A stretch of 64,000 nucleotides of DNA, from assembly GCA_963812025.1 (NCBI GenBank), contig CAWETQ010000008.1, forward strand, positions 39,214 through 103,213. The letters run 5' to 3'. This DNA is from an uncultured Gammaproteobacteria bacterium (GTDB lineage: Bacteria; Pseudomonadota; Gammaproteobacteria; Pseudomonadales; Moraxellaceae). The notes below the pieces were generated by a model that searched no databases, had not been told where the DNA came from, and was given only the letters and a program-made list of their open reading frames with translations. The position numbers and the translations under genes are program-made. Positions 21,615 to 30,812 of the stretch are shown piece by piece. Every line of letters begins with the position of its first letter. Positions within the stretch are counted from its first letter, which is position 1.

Positions 21615-22799
21615 ATGATAAAAATACTGTCAATCTTATTTATAAGTTTAGTTTGTTCAATGACAAGTTTAGCAGGGCAGCCAAAACTTGTTCCTCATCC
21701 CGTAAACTTGAAAAACGGGACGCATTTTTCTTTAAATCTTCCAGCAAATTACGAAATCATTCTAGCGGCAGAGGGCTTAAAACGAGTTCGTTTTTTCGCC
21801 AAATCCCCCGATGGCAGAATGTTTATCACGGATATGCACGATTTGACCGACAATAAAAAAGGCATCGTTTATATTTTGGATGAATGGAATGCTGAAACGG
21901 GCCAATTTGGAAAAATCATTCCTTATATGACAGGCTTAAAGAATCCAAATTCAGTCCAGTTTTATACCGACTCTGAAGGACAAGATTGGTTGTATTTAGC
22001 TGAAACCCACCAACTCACCCGACGAAAATTTACCCAAGGTGAAATTAAACCCACGAGTAAAGCCGAAGTTTTGGCTACCTTTCCTGATTACGGTTTAAGC
22101 TATAAATATGGTGGCTGGCATCTAACGCGGACGATCGCAGTCGGTGGAAACGGGAAAATTTATGTTTCAGTTGGATCAAGTTGCAATGCTTGCACCGAGA
22201 AAGAAAAAGTTCGAGCGACCGTTTTAGAAATGAATCCTGACGGTTCGGAACAAAAGATTTTCGCCAAAGGCTTGCGCAATGCAGTCGGTTTGAAATGGAT
22301 CGGTAAGTTTCTATTTGCCACCAATCAAGGCGTGGATCATTTGGGTCATAATCAACCGAATGAAATTTTTTATGCACTCAAACGAGATGCTGATTATGGT
22401 TGGGCTTCGTGTTATTCGTCGAATGGTAAAATTTTTGCAGATCCAAAATTCAAACGTCCGTCAGGTTGTAAAAATGTGTTGCCTCCCTATGCCTATTTCC
22501 CTGCGCATTCATCGGCGCTTGGCTTTGACTATTTTGACCAGACAAGTACTGACGACATGATCAAAAATTCTTTTTTAGTTGCTTTGCATGGTTCAACTGA
22601 TGCATCGATAGGTCATGGCTACAAAATTGTGATTATGCGTAAAGGACAAAAACTACAGACATTTATGGATGGATTTTTAGTGGGTAAAACTGTGTATGGC
22701 CGCCCTTGTGATATCTATCGAATTGATGATCAATCATTCTATTTTTCAGATGACAAGGGTGGTGTGATTTATTATGTCAGAAGGAGAGAGCCTGTCTAA
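21615..22799 (+). CDS. Secreted glucose/sorbosone dehydrogenase family beta-propeller (PQQ-dependent sugar dehydrogenase-like)
   Basis: Signal peptide; YVSVGSSCNAC, AKGLRNAVG, AHSSALG, VALHGS and GRPCD motifs. Confidence 0.8.
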   Translation: MIKILSILFISLVCSMTSLAGQPKLVPHPVNLKNGTHFSLNLPANYEIILAAEGLKRVRFFAKSPDGRMFITDMHDLTDNKKGIVYILDEWNAETGQFGKIIPYMTGLKNPNSVQFYTDSEGQDWLYLAETHQLTRRKFTQGEIKPTSKAEVLATFPDYGLSYKYGGWHLTRTIAVGGNGKIYVSVGSSCNACTEKEKVRATVLEMNPDGSEQKIFAKGLRNAVGLKWIGKFLFATNQGVDHLGHNQPNEIFYALKRDADYGWASCYSSNGKIFADPKFKRPSGCKNVLPPYAYFPAHSSALGFDYFDQTSTDDMIKNSFLVALHGSTDASIGHGYKIVIMRKGQKLQTFMDGFLVGKTVYGRPCDIYRIDDQSFYFSDDKGGVIYYVRRREPV

Positions 22800-22810
22800 G
22801 TTTTTTGAAC

Positions 22811-23536
22811 TTACTGCGGACGTGCCACATCGCCATTTAAACTTGTCGGTAAAGCTAAAACCTGTAAACCAAGTTCTTCCAGTGCAGCAGGTTTTGCCAC
22901 AACCAATGCTTTGTAACCACCATCAATCGCAATACTATTAACGATTTGGATATCCTTATTCAATTGAGTTGCAGGGGCAGGAACATCACCTGTGCCTTGA
23001 ACAAGGTGTAACCAACTTTTCGGTTTTGCCTTAAACCAAAGACGCGCAATAATTTCCTGACCAATATAACAACCCTTGTCATAATGCACGCCTTCACGCT
23101 GATGCAATCGTAATTCTTGCGGTTGGAACAGTTCCGCAGTCGTTGCTGAAATCCATGCCTGACCTGCTTCAATCGCTTGTAGTTGCCATGACATTGATAT
23201 CCGTTTCAGCCGTGCCAAACTCTGTGATATCCGCATTGATCGTTGGGAAAACTTGTGCAGCTTGTTCCAGTTTCATTTTAGAAAATGCACCAAACTTTTT
23301 AATGTGCTTGGCAAATTCTTCGGCTTTGGTCTTGCCGTTGTGACAATTTCAAAACTTTCAGGATTGAGTTTTTTTAGCCACAAACCAAACTGAATCCGAC
23401 CTTTTAAACTACAGATAGCCGTATATCGAGTAAGATTTTCTGCTAAAGCTGTAACGTTTAGAGTGACTTGGCCTTGAAGGAATTTTTGTGCATCCACACC
23501 ATTTAAAGTGAATGAGGAGAAAGCTAAATGGCTCAT
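22811..23536 (-). CDS. ygfZ: Folate-binding Fe-S repair protein YgfZ (three +1 insertions as sequenced)
   Basis: DAQKFLQGQVT at the N-terminus and KGCYIGQE signature; frames rejoin after removing bases near 23322, 23335 and 23188. Confidence 0.88.
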
Positions 23537-23795
23537 TTATTACTCTCTAAAAAATAGATCTAATACTAAAGAATTAAACTCATTTTCCGCTATTTTGCAA
23601 AAAAATGCACTTTTACCGTAAATATTTTAAAATATATGTAACTAAGTGTTTCAAAAACCCCTGTTTTTATATCTAAGATTATGAAATATATAAGATTTGG
23701 GAAATGGCTTTTTGACAGTGTACTATGCCTGCAAACAGAGTGTAAATCATCAACAAAAAACGTAGTAAAAAAATGATTCAAAAGGCAGGTAAGCT

Positions 23796-26405
23796 ATGAA
23801 CAACAACTATCGCAAAACACTGCAAAACACCCAGCTCGAATATTTTGATGTACGCCAAGCCGTAGAAGATATTCAGTCAGGCGCATATGCAAAACTTCCC
23901 TATACTTCAAAAGTACTTGCTGAACAGCTCGTGCGCCGTTGCGACCCTGCAATATTAGAACAATCGTTAAAAGAACTGATTAATCGTAAACAAGACCACG
24001 ATTTCCCTTGGTATCCTGCACGTGTGGTCTGTCATGACATTCTTGGGCAAACGGCATTGGTTGACCTTGCAGGCTTGCGTGATGCGATTGCAGAGCAAGG
24101 GGGTGACCCATCTAAAGTCAATCCTGTTGTTCCAACACAGCTCATCGTCGATCATTCTTTAGCCGTAGAGTTTGGCGGTTCTGATCCTGACGCTTTTGAA
24201 AAAAACCGTGCCATTGAAGACCGTCGTAACGAAGACCGTTTCCACTTTATCGAATGGACCAAAACAGCCTTTGAAAATGTCGATGTAATTCCTGCGGGCA
24301 ACGGCATCATGCATCAAATTAACTTGGAAAAAATGTCGCCAGTGATTCAAAACCGTGGTGGCGTGGCTTATCCAGATACTTGTGTAGGCACAGATTCACA
24401 TACCCCGCATACCGATGCTTTAGGTGTGATTTCCATTGGTGTGGGTGGTTTAGAAGCTGAAAATGTCATGCTTGGTCGTGCATCGTGGATGCGTCTTCCT
24501 GACATTATTGGTGTGGAACTGGTAGGTCAGCGTAAGGCAGGCATTACCGCAACCGATATCGTTTTAGCTCTTACTGAATTCTTGCGTAAAGAACGTGTGG
24601 TTGGTGCATATTTAGAATTCTTTGGTGAAGGTGCAGACAGCATGTCGGTGGGCGATCGTGCCACGATTTCCAACATGACGCCTGAATATGGCGCAACTGC
24701 GGCAATGTTCTACATTGACCAGAACACCATTGATTATTTGACGCTTAACAGGTCGTGAAGCAGAGCAAATCAAACTGGTTGAAACTTATGCTAAAGAAAT
24801 TGGTCTTTGGGCAGAGGATATGAAACAAGCGCAATATCCGCGTGTGCTGCGTTTCGATTTATCGACCGTGACCCGTAATATTGCAGGCCCATCAAATCCG
24901 CATGCGCGTGTATCAACCAGTGACTTAAAAGCCAAAGGCATTGCAGGCGTGGTTGAACATCGTACCGATGGTTTAATGCCAGATGGTGCGGTGATTATTG
25001 CAGCCATTACATCATGTACCAATACGTCTAACCCACGTAATACCGTTGCCGCAGGCTTGCTGGCACGTAAAGCCAATGAATTGGGCTTAGAGCGTAAACC
25101 TTGGGTGAAATCCTCTTTTGCACCGGGTTCTAAAGCTGCGGCTTTATACCTTGGAAGAAGCGGGTGTATTGCATGATTTAGAAAAACTCGGTTTTGGTAT
25201 CGTGGCGTATGCATGTACCACCTGTAACGGTATGTCAGGTGCTTTAGATCCAAAAATTCAGCAAGAAATTATTGACCGTGATTTGTATGCAACTGCGGTA
25301 CTTTCAGGCAACCGTAACTTTGATGGTCGTATCCATCCTTATGCAAAACAAGCATTTTTGGCGTCTCCGCCATTAGTGGTTGCCTATGCGATTGCAGGAA
25401 CCATTCGTTTTGATATTGAAACCGATTCACTCGGGTAACGATAAAGATGGCAATCCAATTTACCTCAAAGACATTTGGCCATCGGATGAAGAAATTGATG
25501 CTTTGGTTAAAGTGGCTGTGAAGCCTGAACAGTTCCGTAAAATCTATATTCCAATGTTTGATTTGGGTGTACATGAAAAAGCGGCAAGTCCGTTGTATAA
25601 CTGGCGTCCGCAAAGTACCTATATCCGTCGTCCGCCATATTGGGAAGGGGCTTTGGCTGCACCACGGACTTTAGTGAATATGCGTCCGTTGGCGATTTTG
25701 GGTGACAACATCACCACCGATCATTTATCACCATCGAATGCAATTGTATTAGACAGTGCTTCAGGTGAATATTTGGCGAAAATGGGCGTGCCTGAAGAGG
25801 ACTTTAACTCTTATGCAACACACCGTGGCGATCATTTAACCACACAACGTGCCACATTTGCCAATCCGAAATTGTTTAATGAAATGGTACGTCGTTCTGA
25901 CGGTACAGTGAAGCAAGGTTCTAAAGCACGTGTAGAGCCTGAAGGCGAAGTGATGCGCATGTGGGAAGCGATTGAAGTTTACATGAACCGTAAGCAACCG
26001 CTGATTATTATTGCGGGTAAAGATTATGGTCAGGGTTCAAGCCGTGACTGGGCTGCAAAAGGTGTACGTCTTGCAGGTGTAGAAGCGATTGTCGCGGAAG
26101 GTTTTGAGCGTATTCACCGTACCAATTTGGTTGGTATGGGCGTGTTACCACTTGAGTTTAAAGCAGGCGTTGACCGTAAAACCTTAAAGTTAGATGGTAC
26201 GGAGCTTTATAGCGTAATTGGTAATATTGCACCGCGTTCTGACCTGACTTTGGTGATTGAGCGTGCCACTGAAGATGGTAAAAATGAAGTGGTTGAAGTT
26301 GCCGTGACCTGTCGTTTAGATACCGAAGAAGAAGTGCATGTGTATGAAGCGGGTGGTGTATTGCAACGCTTTGCACAGGATTTTTTGGAAGGGAATGTGG
26401 CTTGA
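23796..26405 (+). CDS. acnD: Fe/S-dependent 2-methylisocitrate dehydratase (three +1 insertions as sequenced)
   Basis: [67 protein letters not shown]. Confidence 0.92.
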
Positions 26406-26438
26406 TGATTTAAGCTAAAAGTTATTGATATTGTTGTG

Positions 26439-26468
26439 AAAAGACCCTACTGTTAAGTGGGGTTTTTT
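26439..26468 (+). terminator. acnD terminator
   Basis: ACCCTAC-loop-GTGGGGT followed by a T run. Confidence 0.75.
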
Positions 26469-26482
26469 AATTGAGAATAAAA

Positions 26483-27030
26483 ATGGGTAATCGAGTTCTA
26501 AATGGTGATTTTGAGTTTTTATCATAACTTGTTTGATGAGTTTTTTAGACAAAAGAGTATATCGAAATCGTTTAAATATAATTGAAGAGAAAGCAATAAC
26601 TGGTTGGGAAATTTGGTTGCAAGTTGAGTTGGCATTTTTTTTAGATAAGCATGAAAATGTTATGGAGTTGGTGAGTGAAGATTTCTTGTGCAACTGATAA
26701 GCGAGTTAAAAATTAAAAGCAAAAGGCATTATTGATTTTTGGTAAGAAAACAAATAAGTCACTGAAACAAATTGATAGCGATTGAAATAAAACAAGCTGA
26801 AATGCAGCAAAGAGTTGTATTACTGCTATGATGAAAGATTTAAATAAATATCATTCATTGAAGCCAAGTGAGAAGAAGTGTATTCGTACTTTAGGTGCAT
26901 AGTGAGTGCATTCAATAGTCAATAGAAAATACATGTATTGAATATATTAATGATAATAAAGAAGTATGAATTCAATCAAAATTATATTTTAAGTAAAGAA
27001 ATTAAAGGAACTAATTTTAGTTTTACATTT
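26483..27030 (+). pseudogene. AT-rich fragmented gene with a PD-(D/E)XK-like pattern
   Basis: Fragments NRLNIIEEKAITGWEIWLQVELAFFLDKHE / IIDF / LIAIEIKQA / KSCITAMMKDLNKY across several frames; the end coordinate is approximate. Confidence 0.55.
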
Positions 27031-27059
27031 AATAGTTCCATTTATAAGACATCTGCTTA

Positions 27060-27119
27060 TATGAAACAGTGTATATACAATGCTTTGTACAGGTTATTTT
27101 AGAAGGTGCTGTGACGTAA
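27060..27119 (+). repeat. Degenerate copy of the acnD 3' end
   Basis: 27078-27119 aligns without gaps to 26364-26405 at 31/42 nt, stop codon in register (QCFVQVILEGAVT* vs [13 protein letters not shown]). Confidence 0.75.
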
Positions 27120-27141
27120 TTAAGTCTTTAATCAGTACAAT

Positions 27142-27179
27142 AAATCCCACTCATACGATGATACGATGGGGCTTTTTTT
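27142..27179 (+). terminator. Terminator-like hairpin after the acnD relic
   Basis: TCCCA..TGGGG stem followed by T7. Confidence 0.55.
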
Positions 27180-27238
27180 GGATTGAATAATGAACAACGT
27201 GATTAACATCGCGGCATTTAAAGATAAGTATTAAAATT

Positions 27239-27740
27239 ATGAAAAGTCAGGAAGAATTAAAAGGTTTAGAGAATGTGTTAGCTAGTTTTAGTGGGTTTAG
27301 AGTGCTATTTTATCCTGTTTTTGTGGCAAAATGAGTTGCTTTGATATTATAGAGTTCTTGAAAAATGATTACTTGGAAATATCTACTGGATTCCAATAGT
27401 AGTATCTATAATCCACAGCTTTTTTATTTTGATTTGTATTGAAACAGTTATAAACATTATTTTATATTATTGTTGCGGTATATGCGATATATTTATTTTT
27501 TTCAAAACATTATAGGTTATCCAAAATATTATATTAGTTTGATAGTATAGATAATTGATAGCTTTTATTGGTATGATACGAGTTTCAGCAGATATTATTG
27601 ATACTAAAACAGAAATACATTTGATGAAGGGGAAATTTCAGAGTTGTAAAAAGCTTTTTAAGAATGTGTATGTTGAATTCCTGATTTATGTTTTTGGACG
27701 TGTAAAAAATACTTTTATTGAAAAACGATCGAATTCTTAA
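27239..27740 (+). pseudogene. AT-rich fragmented membrane-protein-like gene
   Basis: MKSQEELKGLENVLASFSGFRVLFYPVFVAK*, then hydrophobic fragments and a 61-aa tail ending at a terminator. Confidence 0.35.
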
Positions 27741-27750
27741 TATCAAGAAT

Positions 27751-27779
27751 AAAAGCCTTGTTACACGGCAGGGCTTTTT
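27751..27779 (+). terminator. Rho-independent terminator
   Basis: A4-GCCTTGTT-loop-GGCAGGGC-T5. Confidence 0.75.
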
Positions 27780-27857
27780 GTATGAGTTATTGATAAAATG
27801 TTGTCTGAATAATAGATAGATTGCTGAAGAAGAATATAGATAACTTGTCAGCATTGA

Positions 27858-27882
27858 GGAAATCATTATGGAAACAATATTA
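27858..27882 (+). repeat. Direct repeat copy 1 (RBS plus METIL gene start)
   Basis: GGAAATCATTATGGAAACAATATTA, 22/25 identical to 28349-28373. Confidence 0.7.
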
Positions 27883-28083
27883 GGTTTTGTGCATCAAGAT
27901 TGTTTAGTTCTACCTATATATATTGAATGTAATAGTATCTTAGTTTGTGATGAAGTATGGCATCGTTGCCCAGCAAATCTCTTCGCCCAAATGCCACCAT
28001 CACCTGTCGAAATGAACAATAGACAACCATCACAAAAAAGTTATACTAGGTTCACCATTTCTAAAAACACATGGAGAACAAAA

Positions 28084-28218
28084 ATGGTTACTGCTGGCTC
28101 AATACCCGGAACAGGCTTCTATTTTTGTGTTCAGTGCGGACGTCGCACTTACTTAGAAATTGGTACAGACCGTTTACCCCCGTGTACCAAATGCCATGGC
28201 ATTGAATTTAAAAAATAA
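28084..28218 (+). CDS. 44-aa zinc-ribbon microprotein
   Basis: GGAG RBS; MVTAGSIPGTGFYFCVQCG..LPPCTKC with two CxxC; own terminator. Confidence 0.8.
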   Translation: MVTAGSIPGTGFYFCVQCGRRTYLEIGTDRLPPCTKCHGIEFKK

Positions 28219-28262
28219 ATTTGCCTAGCGACATTGATAAAACAGACAACCTGTTTTTAAAC

Positions 28263-28291
28263 AAAAGCCCTATTACTCCATAGGGCTTTTT
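28263..28291. terminator. Bidirectional terminator
   Basis: A4-GCCCTAT-loop-ATAGGGC-T5. Confidence 0.85.
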
Positions 28292-28348
28292 GTTAATTGA
28301 TAATTAAATGAGATAAAACAATAACAACCAATCACGATCAATAAGTTT

Positions 28349-28373
28349 GGAGATCATGATGGAAACAATGTTA
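28349..28373 (+). repeat. Direct repeat copy 2 (RBS plus MMETML gene start)
   Basis: GGAGATCATGATGGAAACAATGTTA. Confidence 0.7.
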
Positions 28374-28386
28374 AACCGCTTTAAAA

Positions 28387-28740
28387 TTAATGCACTTCAA
28401 TACGTGTCGTGACTTTAATTTTTCGGCATTCTTTATCGTTTTCCACTAAGGATCTGATTTTAAAATCATAAAATCTTACTTCTCTGTTTTGCATGGCAAA
28501 TTGTTCAGGCGTTTTAATTTCTAAGCATTGAAAAGGACGTAGGTTTTTTAAAAATTCTTTTTGTTTATCTGTCATTTTCTGTGTGGACAAATACACATAG
28601 CCTTTGCTGGTTTTTAATAAAATATCATGTGCTTGTGGTTCACTTGAACTGGTCACTTTTACAATATGTGTTTTTAAGACTTTGCATGAACTCAGTGAGA
28701 GTGCTGTAAGCATAATCAAGAGCGCCATTTTTGTTTTCAT
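28387..28740 (-). CDS. Hypothetical lipoprotein
   Basis: MKTKMALLIMLTALSLSSC signal peptide with lipobox. Confidence 0.75.
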   Translation of the reverse strand: MKTKMALLIMLTALSLSSCKVLKTHIVKVTSSSEPQAHDILLKTSKGYVYLSTQKMTDKQKEFLKNLRPFQCLEIKTPEQFAMQNREVRFYDFKIRSLVENDKECRKIKVTTRIEVH

Positions 28741-28927
28741 GATGATGATATTCTTTGAAATCAATGTGACAACTTTACATGAAAACCTTTAAAATCAGCA
28801 ACTTCCAATACGCTTGTTATCCAATGAAATGCTTTTAAAACTTAGCCCCTTCAAAATTTAAAGCACAAAACCTATAATTCAGCCTAAAATAAAAAACAGA
28901 AAATAAAGAAAAATAGCGGTGAGGATA

Positions 28928-29167
28928 ATGAATATCGCTCAACTCACAGATTTCCTGCTGTATTGCACGCTGATAAACTATGTCATTCTATTGATTTGGT
29001 TTTTTGCATTTATCTTTGCTAAAAGCTGGATGAAAAAACTGCATAGGCAATGGTTTAAGCTGTCCGATCAAAACTTTGATGCAATTCATTATTCAGCGAT
29101 GGCAGTCTATAAAATTGGCATCCTGTTACTGAATCTTGTGCCATTGATCGCGTTAAAATTGCTCTAA
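28928..29167 (+). CDS. Small two-TM membrane protein (DUF6868-like)
   Basis: GAGG RBS; FLLYCTLINY..LLIWF..H..WFKLS..FDAIHY..YKIGILLLNLVP. Confidence 0.72.
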   Translation: MNIAQLTDFLLYCTLINYVILLIWFFAFIFAKSWMKKLHRQWFKLSDQNFDAIHYSAMAVYKIGILLLNLVPLIALKLL

Positions 29168-29346
29168 CACGCTTAAGTTTTATCGTGTATTTAATGGGTG
29201 AGATGGTTAATCATCAAGAAAAATTACTCAACTTTATTCAGCCATTTAAGCCAGAAATAAGTTAAATTTTGATCAGATTTGAACTATAAAAACCGATCAA
29301 AAACCATTACTCTACACAGTAAAACTACGTCAGATATTCCATAATA

Positions 29347-30186
29347 ATGAAAACACTGGAAAAAATACTTTTAACCAATACATTTGCCCGACAGACTGCC
29401 ATTTTTTCAAATATCGCGATATTAGGCTGGGTTGATTTGGCAACAGGTTTTGAATACTCATTTTCCGTATTCTACTTAATGCCTGTGTCCATTGCCGCTT
29501 GGTATGACAGTGTAAAAAATACCATTGTCACCATTATTGTATCGGGGCTGACATGGCTCTATGCCGACTTTAGTGCAGGGCATGACTACTCCAACCCGTT
29601 TATTCCCTTTTGGAATGCCTGCGTCCGATTGAGTTTTTTTAGCATTGTGGCCATGTTGTTGATTAAAGTACGCAGCAACCTGACTGCTCTGACCATGATG
29701 GCAATGCAAGATACATTAACCTCTTTAAATAATGTGCGTGCATTCAATTTCGAATATCAGTTATTGCATAAAATTAGCCTGAGAAAAGGCATGCAATTTG
29801 CGGTCGGTATGATTGACCTAGATGGCTTTAAAGCGGTTAATGACCGATTGGGACATAAAGCTGGCGATGAGGTACTGGTGAAATTTGCTCAAGTTCTGAA
29901 ACAATCTTCACGCAGTTCAGATATTTTGGCACGTATGGGCGGTGATGAGTTTGTGGTGATTTTACTGGATACAGACCAAACAGGGGCAGAACAATATTCG
30001 CGTAAATTACGTGAAATATTTCTCTCCAGCGGCTTAAAAGAACAGTATGGCATCGATTTTAGTATGGGGATTCATATCTTTAATCATTTACCTGAAAATT
30101 GCGATGAAGCGACCCGTCAAGCAGATCAACTGATGTATCAAGCGAAAGCATTAGGTAAATCTCAAACCATGATTCATTTTGCTTAA
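29347..30186 (+). CDS. Membrane-anchored diguanylate cyclase
   Basis: 4 N-terminal TM segments; DTLTSLNN, IDLDGFKAVND and intact ARMGGDEF motifs. Confidence 0.9.
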   Translation: MKTLEKILLTNTFARQTAIFSNIAILGWVDLATGFEYSFSVFYLMPVSIAAWYDSVKNTIVTIIVSGLTWLYADFSAGHDYSNPFIPFWNACVRLSFFSIVAMLLIKVRSNLTALTMMAMQDTLTSLNNVRAFNFEYQLLHKISLRKGMQFAVGMIDLDGFKAVNDRLGHKAGDEVLVKFAQVLKQSSRSSDILARMGGDEFVVILLDTDQTGAEQYSRKLREIFLSSGLKEQYGIDFSMGIHIFNHLPENCDEATRQADQLMYQAKALGKSQTMIHFA

Positions 30187-30373
30187 ATTGGTGTTTAAGG
30201 TGAGATGATTTTAGTTTTAATAAAATCCCAATAAATTGTATTTTTACTGCAATAAAAAATCACTATTTTAGCCAATAATGGTAAAATATACTGATATTTT
30301 GATTATAAGTGATAATTTTTACTAAAAAATATGAAAATTGGTTTTTCTTAGGGAAATAATCCCGAAGCGATCT

Positions 30374-30382
30374 TGTTAAATT
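30374..30382 (+). promoter_or_regulatory. Extended -10 promoter candidate for the putative ncRNA
   Basis: TGnTAAATT ends 8 nt before the start of the 5' closing stem. Confidence 0.45.
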
Positions 30383-30390
30383 ATATCTCA

Positions 30391-30571
30391 AGGGTGTGAC
30401 GGGGATCGAAAAGAGTAGATGCTACCAGTTACTTATAAAGTCAGTGTAGTACTCGCCCAAAAGGTCTCGATTCGGCTTAGGACGCTATAGATCACGAGTT
30501 TATAGGCTAAAAGTTATCGCTTACAAAGCTATAATTGTTGAAGTAAAACATGATGTTTTCCCCAACACCCT
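30391..30571 (+). ncRNA. Candidate ~180-nt structured non-coding RNA (family unidentified)
   Basis: GC-richer island in an AT-rich spacer; ends pair (AGGGTGT/ACACCCT, GGGGA/TCCCC); several internal stems; no ORF. Confidence 0.55.
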
Positions 30572-30812
30572 AAAAAATTATTTATCGAATAAAAAATAAA
30601 AAACGCATTGATTTTCTGATTCAATTACATACTCAAACCATTTTATATATCGCACTTATTTGAAGCTCAAAGCCATTTTGCTTCAGATGAATCTTCTTTT
30701 TACAGAGAAAAAAATAAACAGATAAAGCCGTGAAAAACTGCTATATATCACTAAAATAAAACTGAAAATATCAGCATAATGATTTGAGCAAGAATATAAA
30801 AAGAGAACAATC

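Noticed and set aside
23796-26405. Programmed frameshifting or true pseudogenisation of acnD, ompA, fabB, ygfZ and rimI
   Set aside because: No slippery heptamers and no nonsense decay elsewhere in these genes; the insertions share one merged-allele pattern that points to a consensus artefact.
27868-28083. 116-aa ORF as a real N-terminally extended zinc-ribbon protein
   Set aside because: The strong RBS precedes ATG 28084; the upstream part starts at a relic gene start and is not protein-like.
30391-30412. Minus strand TTCGATCCCCGTCACACCCT resembles a tRNA T-loop and 3' end (possible att remnant)
   Set aside because: No T-stem 5' arm, cloverleaf or CCA; the segment is better explained by pairing with 30559-30571.
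30391-30571. Retron msr-msd or other RT-associated ncRNA (terminal inverted repeats, similar size)
   Set aside because: No reverse transcriptase is encoded anywhere in the window.
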